Assembly (NCBI GenBank): GCA_015680685.1
Contig: MNCI01003306.1
Location: 828,669 to 892,668 of the forward strand
Length of the DNA: 64,000 bases
Source: Gnetum montanum
Taxonomy: Eukaryota; Plantae; Gnetophyta
Reading direction: 5' to 3'
Below are positions 40,162 through 52,659 of the stretch, one piece after another. A model generated the notes under the pieces. The model saw nothing but the letters and a program-made list of their open reading frames with translations, ran no database searches and was not told where the DNA came from. Made by a program: the position numbers and the translations under genes. Numbering within the stretch: the first letter of the stretch is position 1; every line of letters begins with the position of its first letter.

Positions 40162-43100
40162 CTAAGGCTCTTCCCCTTTTTCTTTTTCTGCTACTCCACT
40201 GGGTTCCATACCCTCACCTGGAGCCTACGTCAAACAAAAATGAAATAATAAATCAATCAATCAATGAGATAATGTGAAAAATTATAATGAAATAGATAAC
40301 AATAAAGTAAATTAAACCAACCTAAGATGGGCTTGCATCCATGTCTGGGGGCACCTTGTCGAGGCCAGCCTCTAGGCATTGGAGGATTTCGTCCTCTAAC
40401 ATGCATGTCCAATTGTCCTCACCTAAATCGATGCTTGCAAGGGGTTTTCCTTTCTCCATGGTTGTCCATGTGGGCAACCCTAGTGAAAATGTTGTAGAAG
40501 TGACCTCTTTAGAAGGAACAATGATCTCTCTCTCTAGGGACTTACTAACCACTACATGGCTCACGACCTTTTTTTAAGCTTATTTTGCATCGATGATGTC
40601 AATGAATATTCTTGACATTAATGTTCCACAAACTCATCCCTATACTTCTTGTGGTAGGCTTTGTGTTCCATCTTGTAATGATGCTTATGGTTCTTTTGGG
40701 TTTGTGCTCATTCATAAACTTTTGCACTGTAATCCTTCCAATCTTGGTTTTTCCTAGCCAAGAAGTCCATCTATAACTATTGTTCGATAACCTCGTGGGT
40801 GATCCCATTTTTACCCTGAATAGCTAACCAGTATCTATTGTAATTGATCATAGTTGTGCTCTAGCTACCGTTTGACTTGTCACATGCTACCAGGAAGTCA
40901 TAACGCAACTATAAGTCTTCTAGTCTAGCCGCCTAGTTCGCCTTCTATTCTCGAAGCTCTTGCACTTACTTCCACAGCTCGTTATTCACATGCCTACACT
41001 CCCACAATGCTTTTGTAGAGTGTAGTGCACACTTGCTTACCTTGTTGTATACATGACGAGGCATCTGCTCCACCTTAGGGCGAAACTCAGGTACAACATG
41101 AACCTAGACTACTCTATTTGGGTCCCATTTGAGTCACGAGCTTGTTATCCCAAGTGGCGAAACATTAGCCATAAGCTAAACAAAAAAAAAAGAAGAGATA
41201 ATGATAGTAAAATAAATGTACCCATTTATTAAGGTGGTTAATCATATCATCCACTATGCCTTGCATAAAGACAAACTTGTCTAAAGTTTCTACCCACAGT
41301 CATGTGTGGAAAGTGGATGTTATTTTGGACACTCAGCAAAAGCATCGGCCGCTATAACATAAAGCATTTTATGATTATCAAAATAAAATACTAAAAAAAG
41401 ATATAAAAATAATAAAATAATAAAATATAAAAATACATTAAAAAAGGATGAAAAACATAATGAAGATGGCAGTGCAAAGCTCCTACCCAACAAGCCTTTA
41501 GGGGTGAGAGTGATGGAATTGTCCATCTGCATGCCATCAAAGAAACATTCAAACTCACCATTCCCAAACTGCAACCCCTCTTCTTCAAGTTACCTCAACA
41601 CTTCAATGGCTTCCTCATCTCCCATGTGTTCCTTAGGTTGAGGGACATCATCCTCCAAGGGCTCCTCTTTCATTACAGGGGTCCTTTTGCCTATGTTGCA
41701 CAAATTTAAGTTAGAATGTCCAAAAAATAAATTCAGAAATGGCATAACATTAAATAATTCATACTTACTAACTAGTTCTAATCACACATCATGGAGTTTG
41801 AACTGGAACTTCTTGCCCCTCTCCTCAACTTCATGCATGGGCTCCTCCACAAGGCAAGGCTTTTTAATTTGCATTTTTGACATTACCATCTTAGCGATGA
41901 GTCGTGCCTCTCTTGTTGGATTGTTGGTGTTCATTGGTGGAGACCCCTCGGCACTATCACATGTGTGGTAGGATTTCCCCACATGTCCTTTGGTCATCAC
42001 TAAGAATGACTCCCCAATAGCCTTTGGGAGGTCCTATGACCACATCGTGTGGAACAAATGACAAATCCATGGCCTAGAGATCTAGGTGCAATCTTGCACC
42101 ATCCATTGCCCATTCTCATGAACCACCAAGAGTTATACAAACCTTCATAGGCATGCCATGAAGAAGGCAAAATGCACGTGAGATCATGCCTGGAGGTTAC
42201 CATGTAGTTTGACAATTTCAGCCTGCAAGTCATTAACAAGGTAGTTGGCCCAATTATACTATGTCCCCTCCTCTATCATGTCCCTCATAACCCAAGCTTG
42301 CTTCATTCTAAAGACCTTTCCTTGGGAAAGCAACTTAGGAAACACATGAGCTTGAAAGATGGGATAGAGGTGTTGGGCCACAAGTAATTCCACTATCTTC
42401 ATGGGTATACCTTTGTGGCCATTTTAGTGCCTAGCCACTCTTCAATGCCCCCTATGTGGTCTAAGTCCTTATCAGTATTCTCTGCTACTACTAGACCATC
42501 AGAGGGGATGCTAAAGAGATCCAAGAAGAGATCATCCATGATCTCAAAGACCACCTGCACATTATGAACTTGCATGCAGAAGCAATTAGCACTCTTGGTA
42601 AATGAGTTAAATAGGGAAATCATCTTAGCCACCAAGATGTTTAGGTTCATGACTAAGAAAAGATCTAGGAGCCCAACCCGCTGAAGATTTCTGGCTACCC
42701 TTGCCAGGGCCTCATAGCACAACTAGCATTGTGAGCTCTCAACTTCACCATACTTGAAGAGGAGAGTGACCTCAATGTGCCTTGAAATAATCACTGTAAC
42801 CTCTCTAGACTTAGTTGCAATTGCAATAAGCAATGGTAGAATCAATAACATGATGAAAATATAAAATTAAAAGTGCATGAAAGTAAATAGGTGATATAAC
42901 TTACGTGGCACAAATGATGTGTGGAACGATGGTAGTGGGACTGAAACCTCCTCAATAGTCAGTATCCGAGATGCCCACTCAACATCCAATCAATCAAGAT
43001 TCTGACACCTCTTGTAAGATTTGGAATACCTACTAGGGTACTCCACAAAATTTTCCCCAACTTGTCCTATCACTCCAGCACACATATTCTCAGCAAATGA

Positions 43101-43706
43101 GAATTCATGTAGGGCCATTTAGATTAAGTTTAGTATCCCCTCTTCATCATGGAGGCTATTTGCATTGATGAAAAACCTAGCAATAGGAAAAAAAGTAGTT
43201 AGCATCCTAAGTCATGAAATAATAGGAAATGTAAAAAAAATCATAATAGGGCTCACCCTTGAGCACAATAAATCATCCCATGTGGGTTCTGGAAAATGAT
43301 ATGCACACATTAGGAAAGAACTACAATTTTGTGTTTTTTGTAGCATTGGAACTCAAGCATTCCCCAAATCCAAGATAAGAGTCTGAGGCCTTTTTGGCAC
43401 TAGCTCAAGCTCCCCGCCCCTTCATCTTTAGTAGGTTCATCAGACATAAACTTTAGAATGCCTGGATTCACCCTAGGTAATAATGTCTCAACTATGACAC
43501 CTACAGCTTTAGCCAACAAGTGTGACCACATGATCACACTGAAGTGGTGGAGCAAGAACTCTAGGAATTCCTGTGCACCTAACCAAAACCAAACCCCTTG
43601 GTATCCCACACATGTATGTGGTGCAGGAATGTTTGGTATAGGATCGCTCATGCAACATAGAATCCCCACTAATTCGACCACGATAAGAACGGGTTTTAGC
43701 AAGACC
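40162..43706 (-). pseudogene. Antisense cargo gene of C (exon 2 to last exon; exon 1 displaced by D insertion)
   Basis: KPVLIVVELVGILCC...GAQEFLEFLLHHFSVIMWSH; MISLFNSFTKS...LFSIPSDGL; introns at the same positions as B and D (donors near 43256, 42904, 41768, 40321). Confidence 0.8.
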
Positions 43707-44668
43707 CTACAAAGCCACAATAGCAGTAAGATAAAAATGTTAGCATTGGAAAAAACATAAAAAAAATTTAAAAAATGCATAAAATGAGATAAAAGAAAAT
43801 AAAAAAATTTATTATTTACATGCAACATAATTAACTTTCTCCCAGGCCCCATAGGAAAGGGACATTGGCATCCCCATCTAACATGCCTAGTTCTTAATAG
43901 AGCATAACACTAACACTTACATTTTTCCAAGCATTACAATTTAAAAAAAAATATCAAGAATTTTTCTAATTTTTAGTCATGCTCTCCATAGAGCATGAAA
44001 TTTTCAAACCCTAAAGTTTCTCTAAGTGTTGGTGATGCTCCCCATGGAGCGTAACAATTGGCCAAAAGTTTTTAGATTTTTCTAAGTGTTAGTTGTGCTA
44101 CCATAAAATGTGATAACTACAATGCTTAAAAATTTCCTAAGTGCTAAGCATAACAGTGTCAAAATATTTTCTAACTTCTTGTCCTGCTGTCAGGGACACC
44201 CTAGCATGACACACATGACCTTGAGCTACCTTGGTCCAATCTTGTCCCGTGTTGTGACATGGGATGCCCAAAAACCCTTGTTCCATGCTACGATGTGGGA
44301 TGTCATAGAAACCCTTGTTTTGTGCCAAGGCATGGGACATTACCCTCATCCTATCCAGCAGTGCAGGATGCTTAGGAAATCATTGTTCCATGTTGTGGCA
44401 TAGGATACCTAAAGCCTTCATTCTATCCTACGACGTGGGACGTTGCAGAAAACTTCGTTCTGTCCTGCAACGTAGGATGTCACAAAAAACACTATCTAAC
44501 ACCATGGTGCAATATGCTAAGAAAGCATGTCATGCTAGAAAACCCTCGCTCTGCAATGTGGGATGCAAACAACCCTTGTCTCACATCATAGCATGGGACA
44601 CAAAAGACCATTGGCACATAAAATAAAAAGAAAAGTAAAAAATAAAAAATGTAGCATACACACTCCCT

Positions 44669-46436
44669 TATAGCGATCAAAAACGTCGACGGCTGGAAAC
44701 ACTGAGAGGTTCTCGGTCGAATAGTATTAACCCCAGATCCGCATGAGGGCCATGCTAGATATAATAGAAACGGGGTGCCCTGAATAGTCTGGTTCATCAG
44801 ACAGGGACTTAGTCGGTGTCACTAAACCTTTTGCAAATGTATAATTTGAAAACAATGTTTATGGTGAAAAATGATAATTATTAAATGCGAGGAAGTGAAA
44901 ATGATGTAAAATGCAATGATAAGCAGGAGAATAAAGTAAACTAGAGTTAAGAAATGCATTGCTTCAAGATTACAGCTTTACTTTGTCAAGGTGGATACAA
45001 TCGTTGCGCGACATTGGGAAGCACAGAGATCCCAAAAGTAACTGGAACATTCAAATCAAGCGAATTGTACACTTGAACGCAGACTTAAGAGCTAACAATA
45101 CAAAGTGCTACAAAGGCAATTGAAAAGAGCTAATAGAATGCCAAACGAGAATGCCAACTGCTTAATTTTTGCCAACCCATTGGATTCTCAAATTTCCAAT
45201 GCTTTTTTGCTAAAATTTGCCAATAATTTTGCCAGCAGCTAAAATTTTTTGCCAACTCTGCTCAGTTTTGCCAACTTGCCAACCAAAATTTGCCAACTGC
45301 TTGACTTTGCCAACCCTTTGAGCATTGCTCATTGGGGTATTTATAGGGCCAAGAGGATGCGATAAATGAGGCCTGGATGACATGTGTCCTGGACCCACAA
45401 GATGTTGACATGTCCATGCTGCATGAACATGCAAAACCAATTGATGATCCTGCCATGCTACAATCACGCTATCGAAACTGGAGATGTTGGGATCAGGTGT
45501 GCCAATGATGCAAATAAGAAGTGAAGCACACTGATGTAGCGTAGCTGCCTGCTACGTTGTGGTGCATAGCATGTTAGCATAATGTATTTGCATGCTACGC
45601 TATGTAGCGTAGCATAGCGTAGCCACTAGTTTGAAGAAGAATTTTGCATTGGAGTTAATTGCATGTGCTATAAGCTTTTGAAGTGTTTTGGTTGGTTTTT
45701 CATCTTTGCTACGCTATGTAGCGTAGCAGCTAGTCTTAATTATGACCATGCTGACAATCTCCAACCTTTTTTTTTTGCAATGTGAAGCCTTTGAACTTGC
45801 TGATCCTGCATTTTGAGACACCTTTTGTCGTTCTTTGCATTGTCGCTACGCTATGCTACACTGCGTAGCGTAATAGCCTTCATAGCCTGCTTTTTGCTTA
45901 ATTCACCTTTCTTCTAGTAAGAGGAGCTTTGCTGAAGGATTAGAAGTCTAGCAAGGCAACTGGTTTTGAAGGCTAGAGGTGCTTACCGAGTGCAATTGGA
46001 ATCACTAAGTAAGCTGGGCCTTTCTGTCTTGCCTTTGCTACGCTGCGTAGCATAGCACTTTGTCTTGCAACAATTCACAGTTTGATTTCCTAAACAACTA
46101 TCTTTCGAGGCCTACTACGCTACATAGTGTACCATAGCGTAGCAAAATTCTTGACTAGAAAACTTTCCAAACTGTTTTGCTCATCTTGAGCATCGTTGAC
46201 AACTCCACATGTGATTTTTGGTAAACTGTCAGCTGGATGAATTGTCTAGGTGGGTAGGATGGAGAGTCCATTGAGCCTGTCAACACTGGGTGTAGAAAAC
46301 TTGCCAAACTGGACAATTTGAACTTAGAGCATCCATTTCCTACCAAACTATCCTGATGCTACACTTGTGGAAATCCTTTGCCTGAATTTTGAGACCTTGG
46401 TGAAGTAAGAGGATCCCAAAATTTTAGGGTGTTTCA
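44669..46436 (-). repeat. 3' LTR of D
   Basis: TGAAACACC start after PPT (46438-46452), TATA at 45338-45345, U5 end homologous to B. Confidence 0.88.
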
Positions 46437-47817
46437 TTGGCCCCTCTTTGTTGACGTTTGGAGGACTGACCCGAGAGACGTTAACAAAGAATATGAAACA
46501 CCACGCAAGATAAAACGCTAACATCACTCTTTGATGATTGCTAAGATTTCGCTTATTTGTGCTTGAGAGTGTTGCATTGGTTATGTAGGGAAAGGAGAAT
46601 GATTAAACAGGGGGAAAGAAGGTTCAGGAAAATGGTAAAGATGAGATTTAGTAAGGTCCATCATCGGGGTTCTTGTGAGGGAGTTGTTTGCATTTTCATC
46701 TTTTCTTTCACTGACCTTTAACCACTTGTTAGAATGCTTAGAGAGGGTTACTACAAAATGGCTTATATGCCATTTATTTTAGGCATGCTTTTTTTTGTGT
46801 GAGCTTTGCTCTTTTATGCTTTTGCTTTTGCTATTTTGCCTTTTACATTTGCAAAAAACCTTATTGTCGCAAGACAGGTGTTTCTTTCTTGGGATGAGTT
46901 ATGCTACATCCACATGGGGCTTTAACTCGTCTACAAATGCTTCCCATGCGGTGAGTTGTGTTACGTGCATCATGGACTTTGTGGTTGAGCATATGAGAGG
47001 GCTTTATAGGTATCAGGAAAAGCTTGTAAAAGAGGTGAGAGAGTATATTGTGAGTATGAGGAATGAGGTAAAGGAGGTAAAGGGGAAGGACAAAATGTGC
47101 ACTCCAAAGTAGCCAAGCTAGTTAAGATGAGCACCTTGGAACGATGTAGCATCCTACTTCCATGGCAAAGCGCATCCCTAACCGACGTCCCTTTGGTACG
47201 CATCTTGCAAACACAACAGAGAGAAAACCAGATGAAATAACTATGATGCAAAATGAAGGCAAAGGTCCTGCTTGCTTTGGACACTACTAGAGCTTTAAAA
47301 ATTCTTGCTGAGGCATGCAACGTCAAAACTAGGAAGGCCAGCAGTGGCCTTGGCAGCATCAATGTGGAGAGGTTGGCACCGAGACAATTAGGAGCCACTG
47401 TGAGTGCAAATGCTCAGAAATCCCTGCCCAAGGCAAGCATTATCAGTTCAGCTGTGAGATAGGCTACCCAGCAGCTAAATGTCTCTTGAGCTCAAGCACT
47501 CATAGGGGCTGGAGGATAACAATATTGTGGCTAGGCCACAATACTACTAGAACTCTAGGAGTAGGGGCTAACAAGGGAAGCTACTGCCAAAGCAATGAGT
47601 CATGGCGGCAGTAGGTCCGAAGGGTCAGCAGGATGTCATACAACATCTCCAAAGGATTAGCAATATGCCAAGAGCAACGACACTGCATATGTTCCAGAGG
47701 GTGTTTTCTTGGCATCATGAACTACATTCTGGAACTGCAACGTCCCACCCTGTGTTAGCATTATGCACGCTTGCTTGTTGTGTACTGGCATAGATGCATG
47801 CTGGGAACATGCCATAA

Positions 47818-48570
47818 ACCTAGTTTAAGATCTTAGTAGACTATGGTGTGTTGGTTTAAGGTCTCAGCAGACCATGGTGTGCTAGTTTAAGATCCTAGCA
47901 GACCATTGTACTAGTTTAAAGTCCCAACAGACTGTTGTGCTAGTTTATCATTGTAGCATACAGTCGATGTGCTAGTTTAAGGTCCTAGTAGACCGCTATG
48001 CTAGATTTTCATTGTAGCAGATGATGTATAAGCTAGTTTAAGGTCCTAGCAGACCGTCTATGCTAGTTTAACATCATGGCGGACTGTTTGTGCCAGTTTA
48101 TAGTCATAGCGGGCTTTCTGTGCCATTTTTACATCGTAGAGGATGAGCTTTGCTAGTTTTACATTGTAGCGAATCTGCTTTTCTAGTTTTACATCGTAGT
48201 GAACATTGGATAAGCTAGTTTAAGGTCCTAGCAGACTGTCTGTGGAAGTCTAATGTCATGGTGAACTGTCTGTGCTAGTTTATAGTCATAGCGAACTGTC
48301 TGTGCCAGTTTTACATCATAGTGGACGAGCTTTGCCAGTTTTACATCGTAGCGGATGTGTTTTGCCAATTTTACGTCGTAGCGAACATTGGATGAGCTAG
48401 TTTAAGGTCCTAGTAGATTGTCTATGCCAATTTCACATCATGGCAGATTATTTGTGCTAGTTTATAGTCATAGCAGACTGTCTATGCTAGTTTTACATCA
48501 TAGCAGACAAGCTTTGCCAGTTTTACATTGTAGCGGACGTTTGCTCACCTTTGCCAATTTAACATCAAGT
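47818..48570 (-). repeat. 3' UTR tandem array of D with 182-bp higher-order period
   Basis: ~30-bp monomers; six-monomer block restarts at 48028, 48210 and 48392. Confidence 0.9.
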
Positions 48571-48596
48571 GGATGTTTACTTATATGATTTATGCA

Positions 48597-51500
48597 TTAG
48601 ATGTAGTACAAATTGAGGTACAAGTGATTCATTGGATTTGCAAGCTCATTACCATCCATGTCAGCCAACTTGAAGGCCCTATTCCCAAAGGCTTTTGTGA
48701 CCATGTATGGACCTTCCCAATTTGTTGAGAATTTGTTCATATGCTCACGGATAGCCTTGAGAATGAGGTCTCCCTTCTATATTGGCCGTTGATGTGGATT
48801 TGCATAATTTTTTTTTGTTGCTTATTCTGATAATGCTCAATATGACCTAGTGTTTGTGCATGCTCCTCCTCTATTGAATCAAGGCTGATGATCCTTGACT
48901 CGTTGTTCTGGGCTTTGCTCACGACATTCGATAGGATCATCCGGAGTGATGGTACCTGCAACTCAAGAGGTAACACAGTTTCAGATCCATAAACAAGACT
49001 ATAAGGTGTCTTACCTATCGTAGTCCTGCATGTTGTCCTGTACGCCCACAACACATAGAGGATTTGCTCATGCCATCACCTCTTGCTGTTGTTAAGCATT
49101 TTCTTCAGCAAGTTGATGATGGACTTGTTTATAGCCTCTGCTTGTCCATTCGCCTATGGGTAATATGGCGAGAAGAACGATTGCCTGATGCCAAGATTGC
49201 TACAAAAGGTTTAGGTTTCTACACTGCTAAACTATGGCCTGTTGTTGGTCACAATAGTCATGGGAAGCCCAAACCTCGTCAAAATGTTGTCCAAGTGAAG
49301 TGGAAAACCTGCTGAGATGTGGTCTTCCTCAAGGGAATAGCCTCCACCCACTTGGTAAAATACTCGGTGGTGATGATGATGAAGCTATGCCTTGTGGAAG
49401 ACTTAGGTGTGATAGGTCCTATGATATCTAGTCCCCATTGCTAGAAAGACCATGTGATCTACGTTGGATGCAACTATGTAGGCAAAACATGTAGAAGATT
49501 TGCGTATCATTGGCATGTGTCACATGTCTTCAATTTGGCAAGGCAATCACACTCCATGTGAGGCCAATAGTACCCTAAGCATCTAATTTTTGTAGCTATG
49601 GCCCTAGGTGCTATGTGTCCACTGCACAGTCCTTCTTGTACTTCGTTAATAACTTTCTACGCTTGTTCCTCATTCACGAATTCTAGTAATATCCCGTCAT
49701 AGAAGCATTTGCACAAGGCGTTGTCTCCCATAAGCACATATTGCCAAGCACGCTTGCAGATTGCATCTTTGGGCATATGTCAATCCACTTGGGGGCTCAC
49801 CATGTTGTAGGTAGGCTTTAATGTTNNNNNNNNNNNNNNNNNNNNNNNNNNNNNNNNNNNNNNNNNNNNNNNNNNNNNNNNNNNNNNNNNNNNNNNNNNN
49901 NNNNNNNNNNNNNNNNNNNNNNNNNNNNNNNNNNNNNNNNNNNNNNNNNNNNNNNNNNNNNNNNNNNNNNNNNNNNNNNNNNNNNNNNNNNNNNNNNNNN
50001 NNNNNNNNNNNNNNNNNNNNNNNNNNNNNNNNNNNNNNNGGCGGGACAATGTTGATAGTGCTAACATGCTCATTTGGGAATTTCGGGTCTATGATCACCT
50101 AGTCATCGACGGGTGAGGTCATAAGTTGCATTGCTATAGCTTGACCTTTCATTGATGATTGGCTCACATAATGCAAATCGAATTCCACTGTTATTACTTT
50201 CCACCAGGCTATCCTATTGCTTTCATACAGATTGTTTGTGATAGCCCGGAGTATGTTGCTCTTGCAAATAATGTTAATCTTGCTACGAAACAGATGGTGT
50301 CTCCACTTTTTCAATGCAAACACTAAGGAAAGGCAGTTTTTCTCCACCTCATTGTATTTTGCCTCATACGCTATCAGTGCATGACTTAGGTAGTGCACTG
50401 GTATCTTAGAGTCGTCATCTCGTTTCTGACATAATAGCGTTGCAATAGACATGTTTGAGGTGGCAAGGTAGATGAAGAAAGGCTTATCCCTCTGTGGTGG
50501 GTAAACAGTTGGAAGGTGCAAAAGCTCTTTCTTCAAATCATCAAAGGCTTGTTGGCATTGTGTCATCCATTCAAAGTTAACCCCTTTCTTTAGAAGATGT
50601 TGCATAGGGTGTAAATTGTCAGTCAACTTTGCTATAAACCTTCTAATGAACTGTACTCTACCTTGTAACCTGTGCAGTTCTTTAAGGTTTGTAGGAGGTG
50701 CTAGATTGATGATGGCCTTAACTTTGTTAGGGTCCACCCATATTCTAGCCTAGAATACTACAAACCCTAACATGCATTTGGTTCTCACCCCGAAGATAAT
50801 TTTTTAGGTTAATACATAAATTTTGCATCCGGAAATGCTTGAGGACTACACCTAGATCATTGGGATGATTAGAAGCCTCTTTAGATTTGACTGCTATATC
50901 ATCTATGTAGTTTTTCAGCGTTTCTAGGATGTAGTTGCTAAAGATGTAAGTCATGGCTTGCTGGTAGGTTGCTCCGGCATTCTTGAGCCCAAAAGGAATC
51001 ATAGTGTAGCAAAAGGTACCCCATGGGGTCATCAAGGTTGTTGTTAACTGATGCTCTAGGTTAATGCGAATTTGGATCTAGTTGGAAAAACCATCCATGA
51101 AGGATAACAGAGCATGACCAGCCCTAGTGTCAATGAGTTGATCGATACTTGGAAGTCAAAAATTGTCTGATCATTGCCTTGGTTAGGTCCTAGAAGTCTA
51201 TACAGAATCATATTTCTCCCATTTTCTTAGAAACTACAATGATGTTAGACACCCATTCTGAGTAATCAACTGCCCAGATGAAACCAGCTTGATACAACTT
51301 GGTGATTTCATCCCGTACGGCTAGTGCGATTTCTGGTTTGACCTTGCGAGCCTTCTGCTTAACTACCTTCATTCACAGGTCAAAGACGATGTTGTGTTGA
51401 TCAGCCTCGGATCTAAACCTGGCATGTCGTTGTATGAACATGCAAAGACTTCAATGTTATCTCATAGAATTTTTACTACATCTTTATGCATTTGCGAATC

Positions 51501-51827
51501 TAGGAGGGAGCTAAGTTTCAGTGTTTTTACTTTCCCCTTGGGCATGGTCATAGGCATTTCAATGAGAGGGTCCTCAGTTACATCCCCAACCTCTAAATCT
51601 AAGGCTTGGAATAGATTCTTAGGCCAGTCTGGGGATGGTTCTAAGGACGCTACGGTGCTAATTGTAGGTGATTCCCAGTCTATTTACTCTAGGTTTAGTT
51701 GTCTTGCGAGTTTACCATCTGGACTTGTTAAAGCTAAAGGTGAAGAGAGATCGTGATGGATTTCCATTCTCGCTCAACTTGCCAAAATGGGATGAATGTC
51801 TAGTCAAAGGATACCTAGTTGTGGCAA
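48597..51827 (-). pseudogene. pol of D (RT, RH, INT; aRH falls in N gap)
   Basis: TPWGTFCYTMIPFGLKNAGATYQ...NYIDD; RH ORF 50099-50737; INT LWAYRTT...TPYSLVYG. Confidence 0.93.
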
Positions 51828-51909
51828 CTATGCATAGTGAACATTTGCAAAGTAACAATGAGATGTAATCAGTAGATGTAAGTATAAAGCATGATATAAA
51901 GTTTACAAT

Positions 51910-52335
51910 TTGCCAGTTTATGGTCGTGGTGGACCTTTAAGACGTAGAAATGCAAAACTGCTAATGTAAAAGTGCAAAACTGCTGATGTAAAAATGCAAG
52001 ACTGCTAGTTTAATGTCATCGCGGACTACCAATAGGTTAGAGTATTAGTTTAAGGTCGTTGTGGACTGCTAAAGATGTGAGAGGTTCAAAGCTGCTAACT
52101 TAAGGTCTTTGAGAACTGCATAGGCATAAGAATGCAAAACTGCTAGTATAAAGAAAGGAAAGCCACTAGTGTAAAATGCTAAACTGCTAATGAGTAGAAG
52201 GTTGAAACTACTAGTTTAAAGTCTTTGCGGATTGCTAAAATGCAAAAAGTGTTAAACTACTAGTTTAAGGTCTTTGTGGACCACTAAAATACAAAAAGTG
52301 TTAAACTACTAGTTTAACGTCTTTGTGGACCACCT
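51910..52335 (-). repeat. Pre-RT tandem array of D
   Basis: Units with AAACTRCTAGTTTAAGGTC; the TAAACTAG core reads on the element sense strand. Confidence 0.75.
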
Positions 52336-52517
52336 AAAATGCGAGATATGTTTGCGAAGGAAAATGGCTAGTTTGAAGCATGTCAAAGCCTTTGATCGAT
52401 CCTACCTGCATTAATGCAAACAGTGCTACTACGCCATGGCAGGCATGCGATGTTGCACGAAACATCCTGTATTAATTAGGGACAGAGAATGACAAGTTTC
52501 CTTTTCACCATTTTGGC

Positions 52518-52525
52518 TATAAATA
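52518..52525 (+). promoter_or_regulatory. TATA box of antisense gene (D)
   Basis: GGCTATAAATAAGGG about 135 nt before ATG 52660, framed by a 12-bp inverted repeat. Confidence 0.65.
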
Positions 52526-52659
52526 AGGGTTAACCACTGGTAAACTTGTCATTTTCACCGTAACAGCGCAGAGCCCACATTTAGAGTGTAGAGCGATTGT
52601 GTTAACCGAGAGCAAGGCGATTCAATGTAACAATAAAGAAAGAGTCGACAAGCGAGACG

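Larger units (their letters stand above)
33633..44668 (+). mobile_element. Copy C (5' LTR, PBS, gag-PR, most of antisense gene), interrupted by D
   Basis: Collinear with B up to intron 1 of the antisense gene. Confidence 0.9.
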
